Shown here one piece after another: positions 17,938 to 27,442 of a stretch of DNA of 64,000 nucleotides. A program made the translations under genes and the position numbers. Source of the DNA: an uncultured Bacteroidota bacterium (GTDB lineage Bacteria; Bacteroidota; Bacteroidia; Bacteroidales; GWA2-32-17); contig CAIQJL010000387.1 in assembly GCA_903872185.1 (NCBI GenBank), positions 5,027 through 69,026 on the forward strand, in the 5' to 3' direction. Under the pieces are notes generated by a model, which saw nothing but the letters and a program-made list of their open reading frames with translations, searched no databases and was not told where the DNA came from. The stretch's first letter is position 1. Every line of letters begins with the position of its first letter.

Positions 17938-19455
17938 ATGGAAAAGAAAGATTACAAAAAGAAGCAAGTTGTTCAAAATGAATCAAATTTAGGAAAAATT
18001 CCACCTCAGGCTTTAGATCTTGAAGAAGCAGTTTTAGGTGCAATCATGATTGATAAAGAAGCTGCTAACACAGTTCTAGAGATTTTAAAACCTGAAAGTT
18101 TTTACAGTGATTTAAATAAAAAAATATTTGAAGCAATTACTGCGTTATCAAAAGAAATGCAGCCGATAGACATATTAACAGTTAAAGATGAACTTGTTAA
18201 ACGCAAGCAATTAAATGAAATTGGCGGTGCTTTATATTTAACTAAACTTACTGGTAGAGTTGCTTCTTCTGCTCATTGTGAATTTCATGCTCGTATTATT
18301 GCTCAAAAATATATTCAAAGAGAACTTATTCGAATAGCTACAGACATTGAAAGAAAAGCTTTTGACGACGAAGAAGACATTGACGATTTACTAGATTATA
18401 GTCAGGATCAAATATTCGGACTTTCTGAAGGCACAATAAAAAGAGAAACTCAACCAATTGATGAAGTATTAAAAAAAGCAATAGAACAAATAAGAATCGC
18501 CGGTGAGCGTAAAGACGGATTAAGCGGTGTTCCATCTGGCTTTACTGATATCGACAGAGTTACTTCTGGATGGCAAAATTCAGATTTGATTATTGTTGCA
18601 GCTCGACCAAGTATGGGTAAAACAGCATTAGTACTTTCAATGGCAAGAAACATTGCAGTTAACCATAAACAAGCTGTTGGCTTTTTCAGCTTAGAAATGT
18701 CATCAGTTCAGTTAGTAAATCGCTTAGTTATTGCAGAAACCGAACTAAAAGCGGAAACAATTAGAACAGGAAAACTTAGTCCACAAGAATGGGGCATATT
18801 AGAAACAAGAATAAAAACACTTGAAAATTGCAATATTTACATTGACGATACCCCTGCCATTACAATTTTTGAATTACGATCAAAAGCACGAAGATTAGTA
18901 TCACAAAAAGATGTAAAACTTATAATTATAGATTACCTGCAACTAATGAGTTCACCAAGCGATAACAAAGGAAATCGAGAACAAGAAGTTAGTACAATTT
19001 CACGCTCTCTTAAAGCTTTAGCAAAAGATTTAAATGTTCCAATTATTGCGCTTTCACAATTAAATCGTTCGGTTGAAACAAGGTCAGGATCTAAACGTCC
19101 ACAACTTTCCGACTTACGTGAATCGGGTGCAATTGAACAGGATGCAGATATTGTAATGTTTATTCACCGACCAGAAAAATACGGTCTAGAAAGTGGCGAA
19201 GAAGGTGCATCAACAAAAGGATTGGCACAGATAATTATTGCAAAACACAGAAACGGTGCAGTTACTGATGTAGATTTAAAATTCATTGAGAATTTTGCGA
19301 AATTTACAGATTGGGATGAATTTGGTATCGGAAACATTCCTGATGCTAATGCACCCGCCGTTGTAATGCCTTCAAGAATGAATACTTCAAATACAGATAT
19401 TTCAAAACTGGAACTTGGTCGCTCATTTGATGATAATAGTGTAGCACCATATTAA
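17938..19455 (+). CDS. dnaB: Replicative DNA helicase DnaB
   Basis: 505 aa. The N-terminal motif PPQALDLEEAVLGAIMID is typical of DnaB. Walker A: ARPSMGKTAL. Other DnaB-type motifs: IIDYLQLM and LSQLNRSVE..RPQLSDLRESGAIEQDAD. Confidence 0.97.
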   Translation: MEKKDYKKKQVVQNESNLGKIPPQALDLEEAVLGAIMIDKEAANTVLEILKPESFYSDLNKKIFEAITALSKEMQPIDILTVKDELVKRKQLNEIGGALYLTKLTGRVASSAHCEFHARIIAQKYIQRELIRIATDIERKAFDDEEDIDDLLDYSQDQIFGLSEGTIKRETQPIDEVLKKAIEQIRIAGERKDGLSGVPSGFTDIDRVTSGWQNSDLIIVAARPSMGKTALVLSMARNIAVNHKQAVGFFSLEMSSVQLVNRLVIAETELKAETIRTGKLSPQEWGILETRIKTLENCNIYIDDTPAITIFELRSKARRLVSQKDVKLIIIDYLQLMSSPSDNKGNREQEVSTISRSLKALAKDLNVPIIALSQLNRSVETRSGSKRPQLSDLRESGAIEQDADIVMFIHRPEKYGLESGEEGASTKGLAQIIIAKHRNGAVTDVDLKFIENFAKFTDWDEFGIGNIPDANAPAVVMPSRMNTSNTDISKLELGRSFDDNSVAPY

Positions 19456-19557
19456 AAATTATTAAAATATTGATTTACCTTATAATATTTTTTCTTTTAG
19501 AAGGTTAAATCAATTAATTTTACAAATATTATTTTTTAAAGTAGAATTAAAACAAAA

Positions 19558-20826
19558 ATGTTCAAATTTTCAAACATAATTATTTCATTTGTTATAATAT
19601 TTTGCTTTGTAATAAAAGCAAATGCTTCATATGTTCTAATTCCAATGGATGAAAGTCAAAAGAACCATCTTAAAGCATACGGAATTACTTATTGGATGCT
19701 TCAAAATGGAATGGAAGTTCAATGGTTATTAAATTACAGAGGTGGAAGTTTTTTAGTTGTAAATCATAAAGAAATCCAAGACGAATGTACTATAAGAGGA
19801 GTAACAATAGAAGTAATTGCTGACGGACAAGCAGGAAATATTTTGGCAGAAATTTCTACACCAGAAGTAAATATGGATGTTGTAAAACTCGAAAAAGCTC
19901 CTAAAATTGCTGTTTATGCTCCTCCTAACAAATTACCCTGGGACGATGCAGTTATGCTGGTATTAACATACGCAGAAATCCCATACGAAATTGTATATGA
20001 TGAAGAAATTATTCGTGGTGATTTAAGTAAGTATGACTGGCTTCATCTTCATCACGAGGATTTCACTGGACAATATGGCAAATTCTGGGGAGCATATCAA
20101 AATACCCAATGGTATAAAGATGACGTTGCACGTAATGAAGAAAACGCAAAGAAATTTGGTTTTACAAAAGTTTCAGAACTTAAACTATTTGTTGGCAAAA
20201 CAATAAAACAATATGTAAATAATGGCGGCTTTCTTTTTGCGATGTGTTCGGCAACCGACTCCTATGACATAGCATTAGCTGCAGAAGGAACAGATATTTG
20301 CGATTCGCCTTTTGATGGTGACCCTATGGATGCAAATGCACAACAAAAACTTGATTACGAAAGAACTTTTGCATTTAAAGATTTTACAATTAGTAAAAAC
20401 CCTTATGAATATGAATTTTCAAATATTGATGTGTCATCAACCAGAAAAGTAGCAAAAGAAGATGATTATTTTACATTGTTTGATTTTTCAGCAAAGTGGG
20501 ATCCTGTTCCCTCAATGCTCTGTCAGAATCACGAGAATATGATTAAAGGTTTTATGGGGCAAACAACTGCTTTTAATAAAGATGTTATTAAATCAAGCGT
20601 TCTTATAATGGGAGAAAACAAATCAGCTAATGAAGCTAGATATATTCACGGAGAACTTGGTAAAGGCACATGGACATTTTACGGTGGCCATGATCCTGAA
20701 GATTTTCAGCACTTTGTTTATGACCCTGCTACAAATCTTGATTTACACCCAAATTCTCCAGGTTATAGGTTAATTCTTAACAATGTGCTATTCCCAGCTG
20801 CAAAAAAGAAAAAATTAAAAACTTAA
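19558..20826 (+). CDS. Conserved secreted hypothetical protein (possibly class I glutamine-amidotransferase-like fold)
   Basis: 422 aa with signal peptide ..VIKANA. Motifs NHLKAYGITYWML and LFAMCSATDSYDIALAAEG resemble a nucleophile-elbow Cys. From memory, homologues are often auto-annotated as asparagine synthetase B; I cannot verify this. Confidence 0.5.
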   Translation: MFKFSNIIISFVIIFCFVIKANASYVLIPMDESQKNHLKAYGITYWMLQNGMEVQWLLNYRGGSFLVVNHKEIQDECTIRGVTIEVIADGQAGNILAEISTPEVNMDVVKLEKAPKIAVYAPPNKLPWDDAVMLVLTYAEIPYEIVYDEEIIRGDLSKYDWLHLHHEDFTGQYGKFWGAYQNTQWYKDDVARNEENAKKFGFTKVSELKLFVGKTIKQYVNNGGFLFAMCSATDSYDIALAAEGTDICDSPFDGDPMDANAQQKLDYERTFAFKDFTISKNPYEYEFSNIDVSSTRKVAKEDDYFTLFDFSAKWDPVPSMLCQNHENMIKGFMGQTTAFNKDVIKSSVLIMGENKSANEARYIHGELGKGTWTFYGGHDPEDFQHFVYDPATNLDLHPNSPGYRLILNNVLFPAAKKKKLKT

Positions 20827-20865
20827 CAATGATATTAGTCTTTAACTCACTGACCTATTCTATAT

Positions 20866-21558
20866 TTAAAGTATTTCCAACAACTCTTTTAAATTAGAAA
20901 TTTCAAAATTTGGTTTGCAATCTGTTTTATTTTTTTGAGGATTAAAATAAACCTGATCTATATTACAATTTTTTGCTCCCTCAATATCTGCTTTTATATC
21001 ATCACCAATCATTAAGCAATTCTCAGGATTTACATTTAATTGAGAAAGCACATAATTGAAAAATATTTCAGATGGTTTCATCTTTCCAGCTTCTTCGCTG
21101 GTAAAAACTCTTTCAAAATATTTTTCTAAACCACATTGTTTTACTTTAATATATTGAACTTCCTTAAAACCGTTAGTTAATACATATTGCTTATAGTTTG
21201 AACTTAAGTTAGCCAGAGTTTCAATTGTATCTGGATATAGTTTTGTTTTTAATGGACTTTGTTCTATATAAATATCTCCTAATTTATGAGCTAATTCTTT
21301 ATCGTCACAATTATACTGAAACAATGTTTTATGAAATCTTGTCCATCTTAATATGTCTTTTGTTATAACTCCTTGCCTATATTTTTCCCACAAATCATTA
21401 TTAATTTCATGGTATGCTCTTGAAAACGTATAAAAATTGCCAAAATATACTTTCAAGCCAAAATTATCATACATTTCTTTTAATACTTCTGCAGTATTAG
21501 CTTCAAAATCCCATAAAGTTCTATCGAGATCAAAAAACAAGTGAGTATATTTTTTCAT
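20866..21558 (-). CDS. HAD-superfamily hydrolase (YjjG/YfnB-like nucleotidase subfamily)
   Basis: 230 aa. HAD motif I is FFDLDRTLWDF. The distal motifs are LTNG and MIGDDIKADIEGA. Confidence 0.85.
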   Translation of the reverse strand: MKKYTHLFFDLDRTLWDFEANTAEVLKEMYDNFGLKVYFGNFYTFSRAYHEINNDLWEKYRQGVITKDILRWTRFHKTLFQYNCDDKELAHKLGDIYIEQSPLKTKLYPDTIETLANLSSNYKQYVLTNGFKEVQYIKVKQCGLEKYFERVFTSEEAGKMKPSEIFFNYVLSQLNVNPENCLMIGDDIKADIEGAKNCNIDQVYFNPQKNKTDCKPNFEISNLKELLEIL

Positions 21559-21583
21559 TTATAAAATTTAGTTTGCAAAAGTA

Positions 21584-21618
21584 AGAAAAATAAAAAAGCG
21601 AGAGTTATCTCTCGCTTT
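21584..21618 (-). terminator. Rho-independent terminator after the SH3b gene
   Basis: A 10-bp stem (aaagcgagag / ctctcgcttt) with loop ttat. On the minus strand it is followed by ttttttattttt. Confidence 0.8.
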
Positions 21619-21659
21619 TAATACTATAGTTTATTTAAATTATTTAAAACTAACTAAAC

Positions 21660-22376
21660 TTATTTTTTTGTCCAATTTTTTAATTCTCCATTAATAAAAT
21701 CCAGATTATAATCACTATATATCCATTGATCTTTTACTCCATCAGATGAATTAACTGAACTTTTGCTATTAGGTTTTCCAATACTTTCTAATACCATTCC
21801 ATAGCTCATACCTTGCCATAATTCTCCATTCATTATTTTAAGAGCTTTTTCTTTACCATATAGCTTTATAAGTTTCTGATAACGAGGATCACTTTCATTA
21901 ACTGTCCTAATAATAGTTTTCGTTGAAAAATCCTGTTTTACTTGTTCTTTACCTATAAGAAAATCATCTATCTGCTGATTTTGTTCAATTGTTGAATAAC
22001 TAACAAAACCAATCTGTCCCTTATAAGAAACCTTGAAATATAAATTTTGTTGATATTTAAAAACATTTATAGTTTCATTTCCTGGAATTGTAGCAATAGT
22101 TTTTCCAGTAGATGAAGGCACATCTCTCAATATAGCACCACCTGACATTATTTTAGCAACAATAAATTCTTCCTGATATGAATTATTTATTTTAAAGGAA
22201 TATTCTATTATAGATTTTGATTCTTTATTTGCGTTAATACGATCGACAATAATTTTTACTTGTATATTTTCTCTTAAATAAAAAAAGCTAATTAATTGCT
22301 TATTATTGGTTATTGCCTCAACATTAGAAAAAATAAAAATATTCAATAATTGAATAATTAAGAAAAGCCGTGTCAT
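21660..22376 (-). CDS. Secreted SH3b-domain protein with BamE/SmpA-like C-terminal region
   Basis: 238 aa with a signal peptide. SH3b-like: GGAILRDVPSSTGKTIATIPGNETINVF...YKGQIGFVS. C-terminus: LWQGMSYGMVLESIGKPN...DQWIYSDYNLDFINGELKNW. Confidence 0.6.
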   Translation of the reverse strand: MTRLFLIIQLLNIFIFSNVEAITNNKQLISFFYLRENIQVKIIVDRINANKESKSIIEYSFKINNSYQEEFIVAKIMSGGAILRDVPSSTGKTIATIPGNETINVFKYQQNLYFKVSYKGQIGFVSYSTIEQNQQIDDFLIGKEQVKQDFSTKTIIRTVNESDPRYQKLIKLYGKEKALKIMNGELWQGMSYGMVLESIGKPNSKSSVNSSDGVKDQWIYSDYNLDFINGELKNWTKK

Positions 22377-22747
22377 TTTTATAAATTTTTATTCAAAGTT
22401 AAGAAATTGTTCCGAATTTATTAAAAAGTAAAATTAGAAAACAATAAACAAATAACAAAACGATATTTTGTCAGGTGTTATACCTACAAAACAAGAAGAA
22501 TACATACGTAGATATAATAGATCCCTCCTTTTTAAAATCATAAATTTTTACCTACACTTATAATCAAAAATATATTTATAAAGAAATCAACCATTACATA
22601 TAAAAAAATGAAGAAATAGTTAGAATTATGGAAAAGAATATTCAAAGCAGTTAAAGATTCATTTATTTATAATTAAAATTTTATAAAGAATTTCAAACCT
22701 AAAACATATAAATAGACGTATAATGTAAGATAAAATCAATATTTACC

Positions 22748-22755
22748 TACTTTTG
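22748..22755 (+). promoter_or_regulatory. Putative -7 box for the WD40/caspase-like gene
   Basis: TACTTTTG lies 20 nt upstream of ATG 22776. It overlaps the third TTACCTAC motif. Confidence 0.35.
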
Positions 22756-22775
22756 TTCCCTTATTTAATTTGTTG

Positions 22776-24833
22776 ATGTTAAAAGGAAAAGTCAATTTTT
22801 ACTTGATACTAGGTATATATGTAACTTTAACAAGTATTACTATTTCTGCATATTCACAAATTCCTTTAAAATATATAAAAGAACACGACAAAGCTATTAT
22901 TCATACGATTTTCTCTCCTGACAATAAGAGCATTGCATGTTTAACTGCAGATAAAACTATTAAAATTTACAATTCCGAGACTGGAGAATTAACAAAAATT
23001 CTTGATGACAAAGGCGAAGGAGATGTTACTATAGCATTTAGTCCAGATTCAAAATACTTAGTTAGCGGAAGTTGGGATAAGTCTGTGAAAATATGGGATT
23101 TAGAAAAAGGAAAACTTTTGCGAAAGTTAATTGGCCATACAGAAGCAACCAGAAGTGTATGTTTTAATAATGACGGTAAGTTTATTGCAAGTGCAGGTTG
23201 GGGCGATATTATTAAAATATGGTATGCACCAACAGGAGTAAATCTCAAAAATCTTAAAGGACACAATCAATGTGTTAGATCCATTTCATTTAGCCCTAAT
23301 GGCTTATTTATTGCAAGTTGCGGTTATGATTTACAATTAAAAGTGTGGAATTTAGCTATTGGTAACGAAGTGTTTTCGATAAAAGCTGCTGACTTTCCAA
23401 TTGAGTGTTTGAAATATAGCCCTGATGGTAAATATATTGCAACTGCCGGTTTAGAAAATTCTATAAAAATTTGGGACGCAACAAACGGTTCTCTTATTAA
23501 AATTTTAAAAGGTCATACCGATGCTGTGTATTCAATAGCTTTTAGCCCTGATGGAAAATATTTGGTAAGTGGTGGAGGCGATAATATTGTAAAAGTATGG
23601 CAAATTGATAAAGGGATAGCCATTTTTGATTTAAAAGGCCACAGTTTAGGAATTAGATCTGTTGATTTCTCAGCAAACGGAAAATTAATTGTTAGCGGTG
23701 CTATAGATAAAACAATGAGAGTTTGGGATGCCTCATTTTTTGGTATTATTCCATTACAAAACTCACAAAATTTGACTTCAAATTTAAAAAACGAAAGTAT
23801 TATTTCATGGAATGAACCAAATGATAATCCTGCATTATCATTCAAAAGACGTATTGCTGTTGTTGCTCAAATTAATGATATGTCATTTAAAAATATTCAA
23901 TTCTTTTTAAATAAGACAGAATATACCAAATATTCAAATAATAATTCAGAAGTAGTTAAGCCAACCTCAGTTAAAATAACTCAGGATAAAAAAACTGAAG
24001 TAAGTTATGACGTATATCTTGACTATATTGATAATGAAATTCAGCTTTTTGCAGAAAGTTATGACCATACCAGCTATGTTTTTTCAAAACCATTGGCTAT
24101 AAAATTTTTTGATTTAAATGAACAATTAAAAACCACAAACTTTAAATCATTAATAATTAGTCCCGAAAAATATAACGATAAAAAATTCAACACAGATTTT
24201 GAAAGAGATAATCCTGAAAAATTTAAAGGAATAATTAAAACACAAGAAAATAAATTATATAATACTGTTTCTAATATTTATCCAAAAAGTAATTTAGAAT
24301 TATCAAAAAAAGGAATTTTAAAAACTATAGACTCTTTAGCATTAGCAAGTAAAAAGCAAGACGTTTTTTCAATTTCAATTTCTGGAATATTTATTAAAAA
24401 TTCAGAAAATAAAATATTTTTTGTTTCACCTGATGCAGATTTCAAAGATTGTGATTCCAGCCTTTTAGATATAGAAACATTTAGTAATTATTTGAATAAA
24501 ACTGCGGCTTTTTGTATTCTTTTTATTAATGCTTCCCCATCTTTAATTCAATACCCAGACGGCTACACAGCTGCAAGCGATAATGAAATTTACAATTCCG
24601 TTTTGAAAAAAATTAGCAGTAAAAAAGACTATGCTGTTTACGTTATTTCTGCTACTGAACACTTACAATTATTTGACATATTAGCAAATAGTCTTCACCC
24701 TTTAAACGATTTAGACAATAATAACATTATTGATTTTAAAGAAATAATTACCTTTTTAAAAAAAATATATAAAGTTCAATATAAATATAATGGAAGATAT
24801 TTTCCTTTCTTTATGAATAGTCCTTCTAATTAA
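22776..24833 (+). CDS. Secreted 7-blade WD40 protein with beta-sandwich linker and C-terminal caspase-like (peptidase C14 fold) domain lacking the His/Cys dyad
   Basis: The ORF track starts at TTG 22770; ATG 22776 gives MLKGKVNFYLILGIYVTLTSITISAYSQ. There are seven WD repeats (for example AFSPDSKYLVSGSWDKSVKIWDL and AFSPDGKYLVSGGGDNIVKVWQI). The C-terminal 230 aa align by eye to caspase-domain landmarks; see the findings. Confidence 0.8.
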   Translation: MLKGKVNFYLILGIYVTLTSITISAYSQIPLKYIKEHDKAIIHTIFSPDNKSIACLTADKTIKIYNSETGELTKILDDKGEGDVTIAFSPDSKYLVSGSWDKSVKIWDLEKGKLLRKLIGHTEATRSVCFNNDGKFIASAGWGDIIKIWYAPTGVNLKNLKGHNQCVRSISFSPNGLFIASCGYDLQLKVWNLAIGNEVFSIKAADFPIECLKYSPDGKYIATAGLENSIKIWDATNGSLIKILKGHTDAVYSIAFSPDGKYLVSGGGDNIVKVWQIDKGIAIFDLKGHSLGIRSVDFSANGKLIVSGAIDKTMRVWDASFFGIIPLQNSQNLTSNLKNESIISWNEPNDNPALSFKRRIAVVAQINDMSFKNIQFFLNKTEYTKYSNNNSEVVKPTSVKITQDKKTEVSYDVYLDYIDNEIQLFAESYDHTSYVFSKPLAIKFFDLNEQLKTTNFKSLIISPEKYNDKKFNTDFERDNPEKFKGIIKTQENKLYNTVSNIYPKSNLELSKKGILKTIDSLALASKKQDVFSISISGIFIKNSENKIFFVSPDADFKDCDSSLLDIETFSNYLNKTAAFCILFINASPSLIQYPDGYTAASDNEIYNSVLKKISSKKDYAVYVISATEHLQLFDILANSLHPLNDLDNNNIIDFKEIITFLKKIYKVQYKYNGRYFPFFMNSPSN

Positions 24834-24928
24834 TTTTTATAATTTTTAATAACTATTTTAAACCTTTTAACGTAATAAGAACAGAATTAATATAATAAAT
24901 TAAAACTCAGTTTCCGTTTAATAATATT

Positions 24929-25429
24929 ATGCAGAATAAAAAAACCACTGAAGAACTCGAGTCTGAAAATCAGAAACTAAAATCCGAGATTGAAAGATTA
25001 AGGAAATACGTTTCGCTACCCAGTTATGAAAGGAAAGCTATTTTAGAAGTTTATAAAAAATTTGCTAGCCATAGTTTAAGTCCTATAACTCTTACAGATG
25101 AGAATGAAAATATCTTATTTGCAAATCCGGCATTTTGCAAGCTACTAGATTATCAAATTGAAGAAATGATTTCTAAAAACTTAAGACAATTTACCAATCG
25201 GGTTGAATTCTCAACTTATCAGGTAAATACTTATTTAAGAAAAAAAGGTATCGCCGGGCTTTATGAAAGTGTTTTAATTAAGAAAAATGAAAGCGAAGTA
25301 AATGTACAATTATCCGCTTCACCTGTATTTAACGATGAAAATACTTTGATTTGTATAATGACAATTTTCACAGATTTAACTCAATTCTGCAATAAAGTCA
25401 TCTCCACTCCAAAATCAGAAAATTTTTAA
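24929..25429 (+). CDS. Stand-alone coiled-coil + PAS domain protein
   Basis: 166 aa. Coiled coil: EELESENQKLKSEIERLRK. PAS-like: ITLTDENENILFANPAFCKLLDYQIEEMISKNLRQF. No output domain. Confidence 0.65.
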   Translation: MQNKKTTEELESENQKLKSEIERLRKYVSLPSYERKAILEVYKKFASHSLSPITLTDENENILFANPAFCKLLDYQIEEMISKNLRQFTNRVEFSTYQVNTYLRKKGIAGLYESVLIKKNESEVNVQLSASPVFNDENTLICIMTIFTDLTQFCNKVISTPKSENF

Positions 25430-25433
25430 CAAT

Positions 25434-26114
25434 ATGTTATCTAAGGTTACACCTCAAAAAGGTAAACCATTTAATTTATTAAAAACTAAAAAAAAACCAC
25501 AAATAACTTTGTGGCATAAATTGATTTTTTTAAGTCCCATTTTTGCAATAATCTTAATAATTAAGGGCAATGAATGGTATAGCGAATATCAACTCTCAAA
25601 TAATGGAATTGAGACAATTGCTACAATAACAATAGTAAGTAATATTGGAGTTCGTGATCCTGTTGAAATAAATAATGTAGAATTTGAATTTAAATATAAT
25701 GATTCTATAGTAAAGGGATATTCGTTAGCTCAAATAAATAATAATTTTGCTATTTCAAAGAATGGAATGCCTTTGTTTATAGGCGATGAATTTACAGTAC
25801 TATATGTAAAAGATAATCCCGATATTTATGAATTAAAGTATGAAGAACCTTCTATTAACACAATAAAAAAATACATTTTAATTACTTCGGCAACACTTGC
25901 ATCAATTGGCATATACCATAATAACCAGAACCAAGTAAAACAATGCGATTGCTTATCGCAGAATATTTATAAAAAATTTAATTTAGATGGTTTAGCTACA
26001 ATAATTTTCCACAACGAATTATTTGCAGAAAACATTATACACAACTCGATTACATTTAAAAAATTTATTATTAATAAAGAGGTGAAAGAATTAATTAAAA
26101 TGTGCGAAAATTAA
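25434..26114 (+). CDS. Hypothetical membrane protein (DUF3592-like beta domain after one TM)
   Basis: 226 aa. TM segment: LWHKLIFLSPIFAIILII. The start is 4 nt after the PAS gene stop. Confidence 0.5.
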   Translation: MLSKVTPQKGKPFNLLKTKKKPQITLWHKLIFLSPIFAIILIIKGNEWYSEYQLSNNGIETIATITIVSNIGVRDPVEINNVEFEFKYNDSIVKGYSLAQINNNFAISKNGMPLFIGDEFTVLYVKDNPDIYELKYEEPSINTIKKYILITSATLASIGIYHNNQNQVKQCDCLSQNIYKKFNLDGLATIIFHNELFAENIIHNSITFKKFIINKEVKELIKMCEN

Positions 26115-26118
26115 TACA

Positions 26119-27420
26119 TTATTTTCTTGCATCCTGAACCGGAATCTGCTGATTACCTTGATAAGCGACTACAAAAGCATCAGGAAATTGAGAAGTAATC
26201 TCTGATTGATTTTTCCAAGCTTCTTCAAGATTTGTATATCTTCCTAATGTATATTTATACCTGCCATTAATAAAATTCTCTTCAACATTTTCGACACCTT
26301 TAAATTCTTTTGATTTAGGTGCAATTTGTTTATTTGCCGAACGAATTTGAATTTTATAGATTAAAGAATTATCTGAAGTTGGACCGTTTTTATCAGTATT
26401 ATTTTTACGGTCTTTCTTTTTTATTTTATTCCCATTTTCGTCAACAATAGTTGTTTTACCAAAATCAAAAAGGCTAAAATGCACATATCGTTTAGGGTTT
26501 TCTTTTAAATCTTGCATTAATTTATCAAGATTTCTTGATGCATTCTCGAGATTCCTATAAAGCGTATCATTATTAATTAACATACCAAATGAACCTTCAC
26601 CTCTATTAATTTTGCCTAATATACTATTTGCCTGCCCAAGCGCACTATTAGCATTTAGTATAGTTTCTTTAATATTTGCTTTTTGAAGAGAATCACTTAT
26701 AGCAGAGAAATTATTAATAATCAAAGCGATTTTTTCATTATTGTTCTTAAGATTAGACGTTATAGATTCAATATTTGCAAAAATTCTAGCAAGTACATAT
26801 TTTTCATTTTGCATTAAAGTATCTAATGAAATTGATGTTCTTTCAAGATTTTTAATTGTTTCTTTAATACTTGAAAAAGTTTTAGAAAGATTATCTCGAG
26901 TATTTTCATTAAAAATATTTTGAATAACAGACATTACAGAATCAATAGAAAGCATTAACTCTTCTGCTTTTGTTTTTAACGGTAACATCTGTGCACTAAC
27001 CTGTGCTTTTAAATCCTGCTCAATTTTAGAAAATAGTGTATCGCCTGACTTATAGTAATTATTTTTTATTTTGGAGAAATTTAATCTTATAGCCTTAGAT
27101 CCCATTAAATCTGCGCCATATATTTCAGCAATACTTGAATCAGGAATCTTAAATTCATTATCTATAAGCATTTTAACAATAATACGGTTTAATGAATCAT
27201 GAAGAAAACTTATATCTGTTACCAATCCAACTTTTAAACCATTTACTAAAACCGGACTTGATTCATCCATCCCATCTACTCTATCATAAATAACATAATA
27301 TGTATTTCGACTTTCAAATAGATTTTTACCTTTTAAAAACTGAAATCCCCAAATAGCCATTCCAATGGTAAGTATTACCAAAAAACCTACTTTTACCTCA
27401 TTTGAAATTTTAAATGCCAT
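26119..27420 (-). CDS. MlaD/MCE-family protein with C-terminal SPOR-like domain
   Basis: 433 aa. N-terminal TM plus MCE core: YYVIYDRVDGMDESSPVLVNGLKVGLVTDISF. A long coiled-coil middle follows. The C-terminus, YKIQIRSANKQI..FKGVENVEE..GRYKYTLGRY..EEA...FPDAFVVAY, fits the SPOR pattern. Confidence 0.8.
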   Translation of the reverse strand: MAFKISNEVKVGFLVILTIGMAIWGFQFLKGKNLFESRNTYYVIYDRVDGMDESSPVLVNGLKVGLVTDISFLHDSLNRIIVKMLIDNEFKIPDSSIAEIYGADLMGSKAIRLNFSKIKNNYYKSGDTLFSKIEQDLKAQVSAQMLPLKTKAEELMLSIDSVMSVIQNIFNENTRDNLSKTFSSIKETIKNLERTSISLDTLMQNEKYVLARIFANIESITSNLKNNNEKIALIINNFSAISDSLQKANIKETILNANSALGQANSILGKINRGEGSFGMLINNDTLYRNLENASRNLDKLMQDLKENPKRYVHFSLFDFGKTTIVDENGNKIKKKDRKNNTDKNGPTSDNSLIYKIQIRSANKQIAPKSKEFKGVENVEENFINGRYKYTLGRYTNLEEAWKNQSEITSQFPDAFVVAYQGNQQIPVQDARK

Positions 27421-27442
27421 TTAGTTTTTTAAAAGTCTAAAA

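Noticed and set aside
22434-22505. 23-codon minus-strand mini-ORF (MYSSCFVGITPDKISFCYLFIVF) preceded by AAGGAGGG (22523-22530) in the long intergenic region.
   Set aside because: The SD-like element is 17 nt from the ATG, which is too far. Bacteroidota generally do not use SD sequences, and the other genes here lack them. There is no supporting conservation evidence.
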